This document shows, piece after piece, positions 12,000 through 21,823 of a DNA stretch of 26,307 bases. The translations under genes and the position numbers were made by a program. The notes beneath the pieces are model-generated. The model was not told the DNA's origin, did not search any database, and was given only the letters and a program-made list of their open reading frames with translations. Position 1 is the first letter of the stretch; each line of letters opens with the position of its first letter. Source of the DNA: Perkinsela sp. CCAP 1560/9 (lineage: Eukaryota > Protista > Euglenozoa: Kinetoplastea); the NCBI GenBank assembly GCA_965644495.1, contig CBFFSA010000075.1, forward strand, positions 1-26,307, read 5' to 3'.

Positions 12000-12521
12000 T
12001 GAAATTCATGTCGCAGAAAAGACGAGCGCCAACAAGTTATTGCCACGTTGTCCCGTGACGCAGCCTTTTCGCTTCTTCGAAAAGCGAAAACATTGGTTTT
12101 CGGAGAATCAAGGCGATTTTTCCAAAAGTTGAGGTGAGAAGACTGTGAAGTTCAAAAATAAAATGGTCTTTCCTTTTTTTGCTGAAGTTCAAAAAAGAAA
12201 TGAACTTAAGGGGAACGTATTTGAGAAAAGAGATAAATGGTAATAATTTTTTGGATTCTATGAACTTCCCCCTTTTTTTTTTGGACCTTCTTCTTTTTTT
12301 TGGTCTTCCACTCTCTTCGAATAACATTTCCTTTTGAAATCCTTTTGAAGGAATAGTCTTCTTTTATTGAACCCCACTTTTTTTGTTTGTTCTCTCAAAA
12401 AACAAAACGACTCCGTTTTAGGGAACTTTTCTAAAAAATTTTTCGAGAAATGAAAACGACCTTTTTTCTTTTCCGTACTCAACTCCCCCTTTTCAAAAAA
12501 TTCAAAACTCTGGAAAACAAA

Positions 12522-14996
12522 ATGGAGGAAGGGATTCATGGAGACTGCAATGACTCATCGTCATCATCCATCGTTTGTCCTCCACGTATTCTTCCCCTCC
12601 CTTTTGTCAAACCTCCCCTTCCTCCCCCCATTCCCGCCCCTATTCCATCACCACTCTCTTCCGCGGAAGAGGATAACTCGTCATCATCGTTGGAACGCCG
12701 AGCTTCACCAATCCCACCTCTTCCAGCTCCTCTCCCACCATCGCCACGAGGTCCCCTTTCACCATCGCCACGAGGTCCCCCTTCACCATCGCCACGAGGT
12801 CCTCCTTCACCATCGCCACGAGGTCCAATTACCCCTTCACCATCGCCACGAGGTCCAACTACCCCTTCCCCTTCACCACCACCACGATCACCAACCCCAT
12901 CATCACCACGACCTTCCCCACCATCTCCATCATCAGTTCCTTTATCACGACCTCCAAAAATTACTCCACTTTCGTTCCCTCTTTCATCTTCTTCACCATC
13001 TTCATCAGTCCCTCCACCTCCTTCTCCAAAGGCTCTGAAGTTCAACGATGCTGAACAATTCAACGCACTTCCTGTTCTCGCGCCTTACAATCCTCCCACT
13101 TCTGATTCAGGAGGAGGAGCAGGAGCAGGAGGAAACAAGAAGAGTCCCAAGAAACTCTCAAAAAGAACATCTTTAAGTGGGAAGCAGATCTTCACTCGGC
13201 GCAAATCTGCACAGAGTTCTTCTACCCAGCCTCCCCAGGACGGATTTTCTGGTGGGAATTTTCCAGCAGCAAAAACTGAGCGAAGTCGTGAACGTGAACG
13301 TGATCTTCATCAAGATGAGCTCGATCTTGATAGTCCTCAACCACTTGATCGAACAACTCTTCTGCATAAATCTGCATCATACTCGTTGGTTCAAGTGAAC
13401 TCCCAAGTTGAGATGACATCTCCACTCGTTGATCGAAGGAGTCTAGCCAAAATAAAAAGATGCAAATCCCCAAAAGGAACGCGAGGAACCCCCAGAGCGG
13501 CAGCAGGGGCAGGGGCAGGGGCAGGAGGAGCTTCCTCTCAGCAAACACCAAGAAGAAAGGTCAATCGTGTCACTGCTAAATTTGAAATCGATCAGGCAAG
13601 CTTTGAAAAAATGGAACCAAAAGCTCGTAACCGTCTTCAAGTAATCCGAGAAATCTTTCAAACTGAACAGGAATATGCCACAGGTTTTGTTCTTCTTTAC
13701 TTAATTAATTCTCTTTCTTTTACTTTTTACTCTTTCTCCTCTTTCCAACACTGTTTTCTTTTCTCTCTCTCTCTCTTCTTAGACCTTGAAATTATTGTCG
13801 AAACCTTTCTTTGTGTTTTGAAGGATGAAGAGATCTTGTCAGCCTGTGATCTTGACACAATCTTCTCTTGTGTCCATGTTATCAAGGGGCTTAGCTTTGA
13901 AATGTTGGATAAACTTACTGCGTTACTCTCGCAAGATGATGGAGAACGAAAGATTGGAGAGTTCTTTTTGAGTATTGCTGATATGATTAAAATCTATGGG
14001 TCTTATGTTGGAAATCAAGACAAAGCACTCGCGACTTTGGAAAAATGCCGAAAAAAAAGCAAACCATTTGAAATATTTCTTTCGAATATGATGGAAAATC
14101 CAATTTGTCGAGGATTACCTTTGACAGCTTTTTTAATCAAACCAACTCAAAGAGTCTGTAAATATCCACTTCTTTTGAGAGAACTTTTAAAATCGACTGA
14201 TGAACAAAGTGAAGAATTTGAGACATTGAAAAGTGCTTTACAAGTTATGGAGAAAACAACTTCTTATGTAAATGAACGTAAAAGGGAAATCGAAAATCAC
14301 TCAAAAATAATCGAAGTTGCGCAATGCTTACAGGTTTACTTTTTTATGCAATTTTTTTTCAGAATTTTTTCTAAAAATTTTAAGTCCCATAAATTAATTG
14401 GATTCTCTCTCCTTTTTTTTTTTACTCACTTCATATTTTTTCTTCAAAAAAAAAAAACAATAGGGAATTTCTTCAACGAAACTAGTCGAACGAGGGAGGG
14501 TGCTGATTAAAGAAGGGTTATGTGAGAAAGTGAATGTTCATGGAAAAGCTCAAACGAGAAAATTTTGGTTGTTCAATGATTTGATTGTCTATGCTGCTCC
14601 CTCGCCTGTTTCCAATTTCTCTTTTATTTTTAAAGATATGATCCCAATTAATGTTTGTATTGCCAGCCCGATTGCTGATCAAAAAGGTTTCTTTTTTTTT
14701 TTTTTCGATTTTCTTATTTTTTTGGAGGGTTTTGAACAACAAATTCTCGATTCTCTCTGCTCTACACTCTTTCTACTCATTTTTATGTCTTTCATTGTGT
14801 ATGGTATTGTGCAGGTTTTGTCCAAGTTTTTCAGCGTTTACAGAGACATTGAGATTTTTTCTTTCCAGGAACCCTCCAGTTGACGCGATTGGATAAAAAA
14901 AAGAAGTATCTTATCACCGCTTCTTCTGAGGAAGAGATGATGAAATGGGTCGATGCCATTATGGAACAATCGGCTCTTGCAAACAAAACCTCTTGA
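12522..14996 (+). CDS. RhoGEF (DH-PH) protein with proline-rich N-terminus, paralogue A, about 687 aa; join(12522..13683,13783..14333,14464..14686,14869..14996)
   Basis: DH motifs RLQVIREIFQTEQEYATD|LEII and CRGLPLTAFLIKPTQRVCKYPLLLRELLKST. PH motifs RVLIKEG, RKFWLFNDLIVYA and EEMMKWVDAI. Three in-phase GT-AG introns. Confidence 0.92.
12735..12866 (+). repeat. Coding minisatellite (24-30 nt units, five copies) encoding (S/P)PSPRGP
   Basis: The core CACCATCGCCACGAGGTCC is repeated five times with identical codons. Confidence 0.9.
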
Positions 14997-15284
14997 GTGT
15001 GAATCTTCTAAAATATGTTTTTTCAACCAAACATATTTTGCAGCCGATTGTGTCAAACAAACAAAAAAAAACTCTATCGAGGCATTGGAGAGACTGTATC
15101 TCTTCCATCCTATCTTTCATAAATTATTTGTGAGAAAACTCACAAAAGGCCTTGCTGGCAATTTAATTTTTTTTGCAAAAGAAAAAATCCTTTTTGGAAA
15201 AAACAAAACTGCAAGGAGAAAATAACCTGAAAAACCTGAAAAAAACCTCCGACAATTTCTTGCTCTCGGGTCTTGAAAGACAAA

Positions 15285-15842
15285 ATGAGTGATCTTTCTC
15301 CTTTCCTTGACACTAAAACTGAAAGGCTTTCGATTATCCCTTGGAGGAGAGCAAAAACTGAAGATATTGAACTCTGGCTCTCTCGATCGCTGACGGAGAA
15401 TGTCGTAAAACACTTGCCTGACTCCTGGTCCAAACCAAGGAACTTGCCAAGGTCTGGACTTGAAGTTTGGAGGAGAGAGAGAGAGGAAAAAGACAAAGCT
15501 CAAATTGCAGCAGTCTTCACTCAAAGTGATGGAGAGCTGATTGGGTTGGTCACTCTCTTTCTAGATTCTTCAACTTCTGGAGAAGGTGGTCACCAACAGC
15601 TGTCTCTTCTTCGAATTGGTTATGTTTTGGGGGAGTCCGCATGGGGAAAAGGATTCGCCACCGAGATCTGTCAATCAATTGTCTCCATCGCCAAGCAGCA
15701 GGGAAATAAACTGGGAATTGATGGTCTGAGAGCTTGCACAACCTCAGAGAATGCTGCTTCAAGCAAAGTCCTTCTGAAGGCGGGGTTCACGCTGGATACC
15801 ATTGAGAACAAACTCCAACATTATTCGGTTGCTCTTGAATGA
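15285..15842 (+). CDS. GNAT acetyltransferase, RimJ/RimL (Acetyltransf_3) type, 185 aa, intronless
   Basis: N-terminal TERLSI, acetyl-CoA motif IGYVLGESAWGKGFATE, and ENAASSKVLLKAGF. The ATG at 15285 lies in an AAAATG context like other host genes here. Confidence 0.88.
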   Translation: MSDLSPFLDTKTERLSIIPWRRAKTEDIELWLSRSLTENVVKHLPDSWSKPRNLPRSGLEVWRREREEKDKAQIAAVFTQSDGELIGLVTLFLDSSTSGEGGHQQLSLLRIGYVLGESAWGKGFATEICQSIVSIAKQQGNKLGIDGLRACTTSENAASSKVLLKAGFTLDTIENKLQHYSVALE

Positions 15843-16117
15843 ATTGCTCTTGAGGCAACACTCAACTGTTGTTGATTTCCACCTTTTTTCTCAAAAAAAA
15901 AAAAATGAAACAAACACAAACACAAACACACACAAAAAAAAAAAAACATCAAGTGAAATTGAGGAGATTATTATTTCTTTTCAGTTTTCAGTTTTCTTTT
16001 TGTTTTTTTTTGATCTATTAGTTTTTCTTTTTACCAACCCTAATAGATCAACCAGATCACAGAAGAGCGAGGCTCGGAAAAAAGTCTGTCATTTTTGAAC
16101 CTCAAAAAAAAAGAAAC

Positions 16118-16135
16118 GGAAAAAAATCAGCGCCA
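16118..16135 (+). repeat. Left target-site duplication GGAAAAAAATCAGCGCCA (18 bp)
   Basis: Identical to 21934-21951; the flanking bases differ on both sides. Confidence 0.9.
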
Positions 16136-16251
16136 CCCTTTTTTTTATTTCCCTGACGGGAAGGATTTCTGTGAATATCCCGGATATCCATCAAGTCAGT
16201 TTTAAAAAATATGGGCGGTTTTTAATACCTAAAAGCCTATCAGCCAACGAC

Positions 16252-17136
16252 ATGAAAATGTCAAAAAAAACCCACTACCTGAAAAGGAAACCCCTCGGCT
16301 TCTGCCACAAAACTCTGAAACTTCTCTCTTTCCTCACCTCTTTTGAAAAGGAAACCTGTCGAAACTGCCTAACGCGACCCTCCCCCACAATGGTGACACT
16401 GGGAAAAAAAAAATCCCGACGAAAAACGACCAAAGTGACGACAAACAAAAAAAACAAGCAAAAAAGCAAAAACGGGTTCCAGCTCAAACGAATCTGGAAG
16501 AAAAAACACATTTTCCGATCGAACAGAGTGGTCCCTGGAAAGCGACCAACGTCCCAGACTAAAAAGAAAGCAAGTCTTCCAAAATCTGAAAAAAGAAAAA
16601 GAGCGGAATTTTATACAGTAAAAAAAAACCAAAAAGCACAAAAGAACCACAAAACTCCCCGTGGAAACAACACAGGAGACAGAAAGACTCTTCAAAGCGG
16701 TTCTGTCTCCCCAAACCAACCGCTTACCACATGTCCTCAGTTCACCCTCAAAAACCATAGAGAACTTATCTCTAAGCCGAAAGAGAGAAAAAGAACTTTT
16801 AAATGGGTTGATTTTATTCCCAAAAAAAGTCGACTTTTCACTGAAAACAGCAAGGGTTCACGACAAAATCCCTTTCTCATTTTTCATTCTTCTGTTTCAA
16901 ATGGACACTTCTTTGAAAACCACGAAAAATCAGACTCCCAAAGAACAGCAGCACATAAACGAAGAAGAACCCTATGGGATGGTGATAGATACAAGGGAAA
17001 AACGGAAACTGGGGAAAGAGGGGGATCAGCAAGGAAAAAAAAAAAAAAAAAACGTAAAAAAATCAATCCATTAAATGGAGATGGAATACAATGTGAATTC
17101 CTTAGTCAACCCCCCCTTGCTCTCAGTTTTGAATAA
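16252..17136 (+). CDS. Putative retrotransposon ORF1, highly Lys/Arg-rich, 294 aa, no recognisable domain
   Basis: The only frame open across the whole 5' region of the element. First ATG at 16252; it overlaps the ORF2 start by 62 nt. Coding status is inferred from position only. Confidence 0.5.
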   Translation: MKMSKKTHYLKRKPLGFCHKTLKLLSFLTSFEKETCRNCLTRPSPTMVTLGKKKSRRKTTKVTTNKKNKQKSKNGFQLKRIWKKKHIFRSNRVVPGKRPTSQTKKKASLPKSEKRKRAEFYTVKKNQKAQKNHKTPRGNNTGDRKTLQSGSVSPNQPLTTCPQFTLKNHRELISKPKERKRTFKWVDFIPKKSRLFTENSKGSRQNPFLIFHSSVSNGHFFENHEKSDSQRTAAHKRRRTLWDGDRYKGKTETGERGGSARKKKKKKRKKINPLNGDGIQCEFLSQPPLALSFE

Positions 17137-20100
17137 AAACATTCCACAAAAACCGAGAACGGGAACGGAATTTCCCTACCCTCTTGATATTATCTCATGG
17201 AATATTGGGGGAATCTCAACCCCAGGTCCCGCCGTTACCAAAACAAATACCCTCAAATTTCTAGTCAAACACTCAAAACCATGCGCAATCCTCCTACAAG
17301 AAACCCACCTTACACCTCAAGGAGAGTGCATCCTTACAACAAATTTCCCAAAATATAAATGGCTATTCAACCACGGGACAAGTGCCTCTTGTGGGGTTGC
17401 CATAGGGATTAAAAAAAACACAAACTCACAACCCAGAATCATTAAAAAAAATCCAGACGGGACTCTCATACAAGTCGAAGCAGAAATCTTTCAAAAGAAA
17501 ATAAACATCTACTCAATTTACTTCCACCCACACCGAAAAAACCAAGGTATGAACTACTTTGGTTCTCTTGTCGAAAATGCAAAAATAGTCCCAGCCATCA
17601 TTGGAGGAGACTTCAATATCGATACCAAAGATAAAACACTCCATGACAACCTACAATCCATGACAAAGCGAAAAGACTTAGAATGGATCAAAAACCCCTA
17701 CCCTTCCAAAATAGGAGGCACACGAATAATAGACCATATCTTTGTGAGCCAAAGCATTTACCAAGCTAAGAGCCCACAATTATACGCCTACCCCTCCCCT
17801 ACAAACGACCACAATCCCTTAATTCTCAATACGAGAAACATCCCCAAAAGTAGAGGACATGACCCCATCCCCCCCCACATCGCAGAATCCCCAGCTTTCA
17901 TAGAACTAGCAACAACCTTCCTCCCCAAGAACCAATATACAAACCCAGAAAACCCCCCAGAAAGGACCAACCCTGAATCATTCCTACAACAAATTGATGA
18001 GGCTGCAAGAGCAACATTTGACAAATGGAGAAAGGATGGTCTTCCGATCCCAATTGAAAAACCTAACATAAATGAACTATGGTTCGCCCAGAAATACCTG
18101 AAAATGCTCAGGAACAGGAAAAGGGTCCCACCACCTAGTTTCAAAAACCCAATTAACAAAAAAATACACAAAGAAATGAAAAACAAATACAAAAACCTAC
18201 CAAAACACAAAAGAAATATGCTACTTCTCCCAGACTTTATCGAAAAAACCAAAGATATAATTGAGAACGTAGCAAGAACAATAGGGTGCCCCCTCAACCT
18301 GCCCAAACAAATCGAAACAGGAATCTCAAATCCGTACCTCATAAAAACAAAAAAACAGAAACTAGAAATCATCAATCCAAAGACAAAATTAATAGAAAGA
18401 GACCCAAATAAAGCTGCACAACAACTTGGGAAGTTCTGGAAAGGGATTTTCGGAGAAAAAAGACCAAGTTCGAAAGAAAAACTGGAGGAAATCCTTAAAG
18501 ATTATCCCAAAATCGAAAAAGAAAAAGAATTCGCTCCTGACCCAGAAATCATAACCAAAACACTTTTTAAAACAAATAGAACAGGCTCAGGACCAAATGG
18601 CATCCCTTTTGCATATTATCGTGCTATGCACAAAAAATTTCCAAGCTTTTGGCCAGACCTGATAAAAGCATCAACCCAAGATAACTTCGACCCAGGCCCA
18701 AATTTCAATGAAGCCAGATTAGTCCTACTCCCTAAAGAGGATGGACCGGTTACACCTGATAGAACAAGACCAATATCAATAACCAATGCTTCATACAGAC
18801 TTCTAATGAAATACTGGACACACGAATTCAGAGATACCCTCTCTGAAATAGTGTCTCCAGCTCAAAGAGCCCTCTTACACAACAGATTTATAGATGACTG
18901 CCTTGATGACATCTTAAATGCTTACCAACAAGAACGAGATTTGGGTAACATGCCCATGATTCTCCAAACCGATTACATGAAAGCATACGACTTCATTAAC
19001 AGAGACATGATCAAACTAATGTTGGAAAAAATTAACTGCCCGAAACACCTCAGAAACATAGCAAACTTAGCACTCGCACCCAGTAAAACCACAATCCACA
19101 TTAATGGAGCAAAACGTGTTGAGTTTATAGCAGTAACTGGTGTCAAACAAGGATGCCCGCTATCTCCTATTCTCTACATACTAATCTTTGACCTTCTGGT
19201 GTCTAAGTTACCAGACGAACCAAATCATTTTGCAAGAGCATATATGGATGACATTGCTGTTATCCTCCAAAACTTCACACAACTCGAGAACATCACCTCA
19301 GTTTTTGAAAACTACAATGAAGCAGTGGGCAGCAAACTAAACTACGATAAAAGCCTTCTCCTCCTGTTTGACAGCCAACTTAATGAACCACTCCCCCACC
19401 CATGGGACGAAGCAAAGAAAACAAAAATAACAAAATACCTGGGGGTTAAAATAGGAACCAAAAACTTTGACCAAACAAATTGGAAACACCGGTTAGACAA
19501 ACAAAAGGAGGCAGCTTCTTTTGTACAAAACGAAACGAAAAAAGCCAACTCAACTGTCCAACAACGTATAAACCACATAAATACATACGTAATATCACAC
19601 ATACCATACTTGGGACGCTTCTCCATTATCCCTCAAAATCTTATGGGGGAAATGTCAAGAACAATAAGAGTGGGTCTTGGTGGTAAAAACAATATCCCAA
19701 ACACCATGCTGTACTCCAATGTTCCGCCACTAAATTTTAAAACCCCCATTATCCATCCTCTGCTATTCAACATAGCATGTCTAGTTGCAAAAAGACCACC
19801 ATGTAAAACAAACCACCAAACATTCAACCTGAGCGAAAACACAGTAGAATGGAAAAGAAGATGGGCCATAAACATATACTACCGAATAATGGGCCTTAAA
19901 AAAAACTATCAAACAAACTGTGACGAACACTTCACAAACAGGGAAAAATACAACGAATGGAAAGAAAATATCAAAAGACCCACAAACTGGATATATACTC
20001 AACTTATAGCCCGATTCCCTGCATACAACCCAGTGGGTTTCACATATGATAAAGGCCACCATGCAGAAACAAATATGCTCCACAATCTATCACACAAACT

Positions 20101-21823
20101 CCCAGTCCCCTTTAAACACAATTACATCCTTTACATTGCCAAAGCATGGAACCACAAAAGCAGGACAGCAAATTTTATCAAAGACCTAGATGACAAATGC
20201 CGGTTTGGGTGCCAAGAAAGAGAAACCCACCACCATTTCCTCAACTGTCCACATATTTTGGAATGTTATGAAAAAATGAAGAAAAAGATAGACTTTCTAA
20301 AACCCAAGACAAAAATTTACCAGAATATCAAGTGGCCGAGAAGTATAAACGATCTACTCCTAGTGGAAAGAAAAGTGTCCCTATCTCAAGCAACCTTCAA
20401 CCTGACAATATTAATGACGATAAGAAATTTAATTACAGACATAGGTTTTGATGAAAAGGCCAATCTATCAAAACTAACTGATTTCCATTTCACTAAAAAC
20501 CTCATAAAATTTAAGGAAGCTGAGAGGAAAATCCTCAATGCATCAAAGAGAACCCCACAAGAAAAGAACACAAGTAACCCCAAAGAAACAAAAGAAGACA
20601 ATGAGAAAGAAGAAGAAAAACCGGTCTTCGAAAGGAGAACGGAATACACAGGATACTATGACGGCACAGGCGACATCCCGAACCTAAAAGGTGGGGCTGG
20701 CTGTGTCATATACAAAAATCATAAAGAAATAGCAGCGAAAGCACATACAACAGCCCTGGGAACAAGCAACACGGGAGAGTTTTGGGGAGAATATGAACTC
20801 AAAAAACTTGCCATATCCCTAGACATAAAAGACCTCCATATCCTTGGAGACTCAAAGATAAAAACTGACCTAGCCCAAAAGGAAGGCACATCCAGAAACA
20901 CTAAGCTGTTGCAAATCCATATCCTATCAGAACAGTTAGACCAAGAATTTAATACCATCACACACCAACACATAAAAAGAAAATACAATGGGAGAGCAGA
21001 CCAACTAGCTCACGCAGCTGGAATTAACAAAGAAAGAGGTGACCATTATGCAAGACACCCAGAAGACCAATCTAGACCAGCAGGGAACAAATCCAAGCCA
21101 TCCCACAAAGACATTCAAGAGACACTAATTTTCAGATCACACCAAATCCTCCTTCCCAGCAGATACGTAACATACCCAATCTATTCCCTTCTAAAACCAA
21201 CGAAAATAACAATTAATGATAAAACAAAAATGCACTACCAACTAAAAGAAGTCCAACACCAAAAAGATGTCCAAATAATCAAAGAATCAGCGCTTTATGA
21301 ACCACACTATAAATTTGAGGAAAGACAAAGAAACAAAGAAATCCGAAAAGCAAAACAACAGTCCACCCAACATGTAACAACGACATATCCCCAACAAAAC
21401 CCCCAAAACAAGCCAATAACAACCCCACAACGTAAAAGAGCAGTACGGTTTGAACAGACAGGAACAAACAAGATCAAAATAATAATAAGACCAAAACTAG
21501 TACCTTTAGATCAGAGCAAACAACCCCAAGCATCACTGAATACACAAACACCAAACCCCCAAATAAGAAAAAGAAAAGCACAGTCCCAACCCAGCGTAGT
21601 TAGAAGAGCGAGGAAAAGAGATCGAAAGAAGAGGAGCCCCAGGCCCCAACACAGCACCCCACATGAATCAGCGAAACACGAGACCACGAGGACCAGAGTC
21701 AGAAGCTTACGCCCGATCGGCCTACGAGAAAGTATTTTCGACTGGACATCAACCCAAAGAACCAAGAAAAAGAAAAGAAAGTATAACCCCAAGGAATCTA
21801 TCGAGACGCAAAAACCGCCCTAA
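17075..21823 (+). CDS. Retrotransposon ORF2 polyprotein, 1582 aa: APE endonuclease, reverse transcriptase, CCHC zinc finger, archaeal-type RNase HI, basic tail
   Basis: APE: ISWNIGG, LLQETH, IIGGDFN, IDHIFVS, NDHNPL. RT: GPNGIP, RPISITNASYRLL, DYMKAYD, GVKQGCPLSPILY, AYMDD, KYLGV. Zinc finger CRFGCQERETHHHFLNC (20198-20248). RNase H (about 20645-21020): YYDG, SNTGE, ILGDS, HIKRKYNGRADQLA. Confidence 0.96.
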   Translation: MEMEYNVNSLVNPPLLSVLNKNIPQKPRTGTEFPYPLDIISWNIGGISTPGPAVTKTNTLKFLVKHSKPCAILLQETHLTPQGECILTTNFPKYKWLFNHGTSASCGVAIGIKKNTNSQPRIIKKNPDGTLIQVEAEIFQKKINIYSIYFHPHRKNQGMNYFGSLVENAKIVPAIIGGDFNIDTKDKTLHDNLQSMTKRKDLEWIKNPYPSKIGGTRIIDHIFVSQSIYQAKSPQLYAYPSPTNDHNPLILNTRNIPKSRGHDPIPPHIAESPAFIELATTFLPKNQYTNPENPPERTNPESFLQQIDEAARATFDKWRKDGLPIPIEKPNINELWFAQKYLKMLRNRKRVPPPSFKNPINKKIHKEMKNKYKNLPKHKRNMLLLPDFIEKTKDIIENVARTIGCPLNLPKQIETGISNPYLIKTKKQKLEIINPKTKLIERDPNKAAQQLGKFWKGIFGEKRPSSKEKLEEILKDYPKIEKEKEFAPDPEIITKTLFKTNRTGSGPNGIPFAYYRAMHKKFPSFWPDLIKASTQDNFDPGPNFNEARLVLLPKEDGPVTPDRTRPISITNASYRLLMKYWTHEFRDTLSEIVSPAQRALLHNRFIDDCLDDILNAYQQERDLGNMPMILQTDYMKAYDFINRDMIKLMLEKINCPKHLRNIANLALAPSKTTIHINGAKRVEFIAVTGVKQGCPLSPILYILIFDLLVSKLPDEPNHFARAYMDDIAVILQNFTQLENITSVFENYNEAVGSKLNYDKSLLLLFDSQLNEPLPHPWDEAKKTKITKYLGVKIGTKNFDQTNWKHRLDKQKEAASFVQNETKKANSTVQQRINHINTYVISHIPYLGRFSIIPQNLMGEMSRTIRVGLGGKNNIPNTMLYSNVPPLNFKTPIIHPLLFNIACLVAKRPPCKTNHQTFNLSENTVEWKRRWAINIYYRIMGLKKNYQTNCDEHFTNREKYNEWKENIKRPTNWIYTQLIARFPAYNPVGFTYDKGHHAETNMLHNLSHKLPVPFKHNYILYIAKAWNHKSRTANFIKDLDDKCRFGCQERETHHHFLNCPHILECYEKMKKKIDFLKPKTKIYQNIKWPRSINDLLLVERKVSLSQATFNLTILMTIRNLITDIGFDEKANLSKLTDFHFTKNLIKFKEAERKILNASKRTPQEKNTSNPKETKEDNEKEEEKPVFERRTEYTGYYDGTGDIPNLKGGAGCVIYKNHKEIAAKAHTTALGTSNTGEFWGEYELKKLAISLDIKDLHILGDSKIKTDLAQKEGTSRNTKLLQIHILSEQLDQEFNTITHQHIKRKYNGRADQLAHAAGINKERGDHYARHPEDQSRPAGNKSKPSHKDIQETLIFRSHQILLPSRYVTYPIYSLLKPTKITINDKTKMHYQLKEVQHQKDVQIIKESALYEPHYKFEERQRNKEIRKAKQQSTQHVTTTYPQQNPQNKPITTPQRKRAVRFEQTGTNKIKIIIRPKLVPLDQSKQPQASLNTQTPNPQIRKRKAQSQPSVVRRARKRDRKKRSPRPQHSTPHESAKHETTRTRVRSLRPIGLRESIFDWTSTQRTKKKKRKYNPKESIETQKPP

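Noticed and set aside
12735-12866. Regularly spaced 19-nt repeats as a CRISPR-like array
   Set aside because: The spacers are only 5-11 nt and non-unique, the repeats are in frame within a eukaryotic exon, and there are no cas genes.
12536-13063. Gly-rich, collagen-like antisense ORF and His-rich alternate-frame ORF
   Set aside because: Both are by-products of the Pro/Ser coding repeat in RhoGEF-A.
13684-13782. Hydrophobic 'transmembrane' stretch inside the 686-aa RhoGEF ORF, and similar Phe-rich ends of other ORFs (e.g. 25677-25763)
   Set aside because: These are T-rich introns read through in frame. Paralogue B has an intron at the same position, and splicing restores the DH helix.
15892-15945. 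A-runs after the GNAT as a retrogene poly(A) tail
   Set aside because: Comparable A/T homopolymers occur in every intergenic region here, and I found no flanking TSD.
15843-16135. tRNA or other Pol III gene next to the retroelement (TRE-like targeting)
   Set aside because: No cloverleaf or A/B-box is visible on either flank. tRNAscan-SE/Infernal would be needed to exclude it fully.
16153-16159. CTGACGG as a hammerhead ribozyme core
   Set aside because: It mismatches CUGANGA and has no correctly placed GAAA or stem III.
17072-17074. Stop-codon reassignment (TAA read as sense) explaining the in-frame TAA before ORF2
   Set aside because: Host genes here end with TAA, TAG and TGA, and the long exons contain no in-frame stops.
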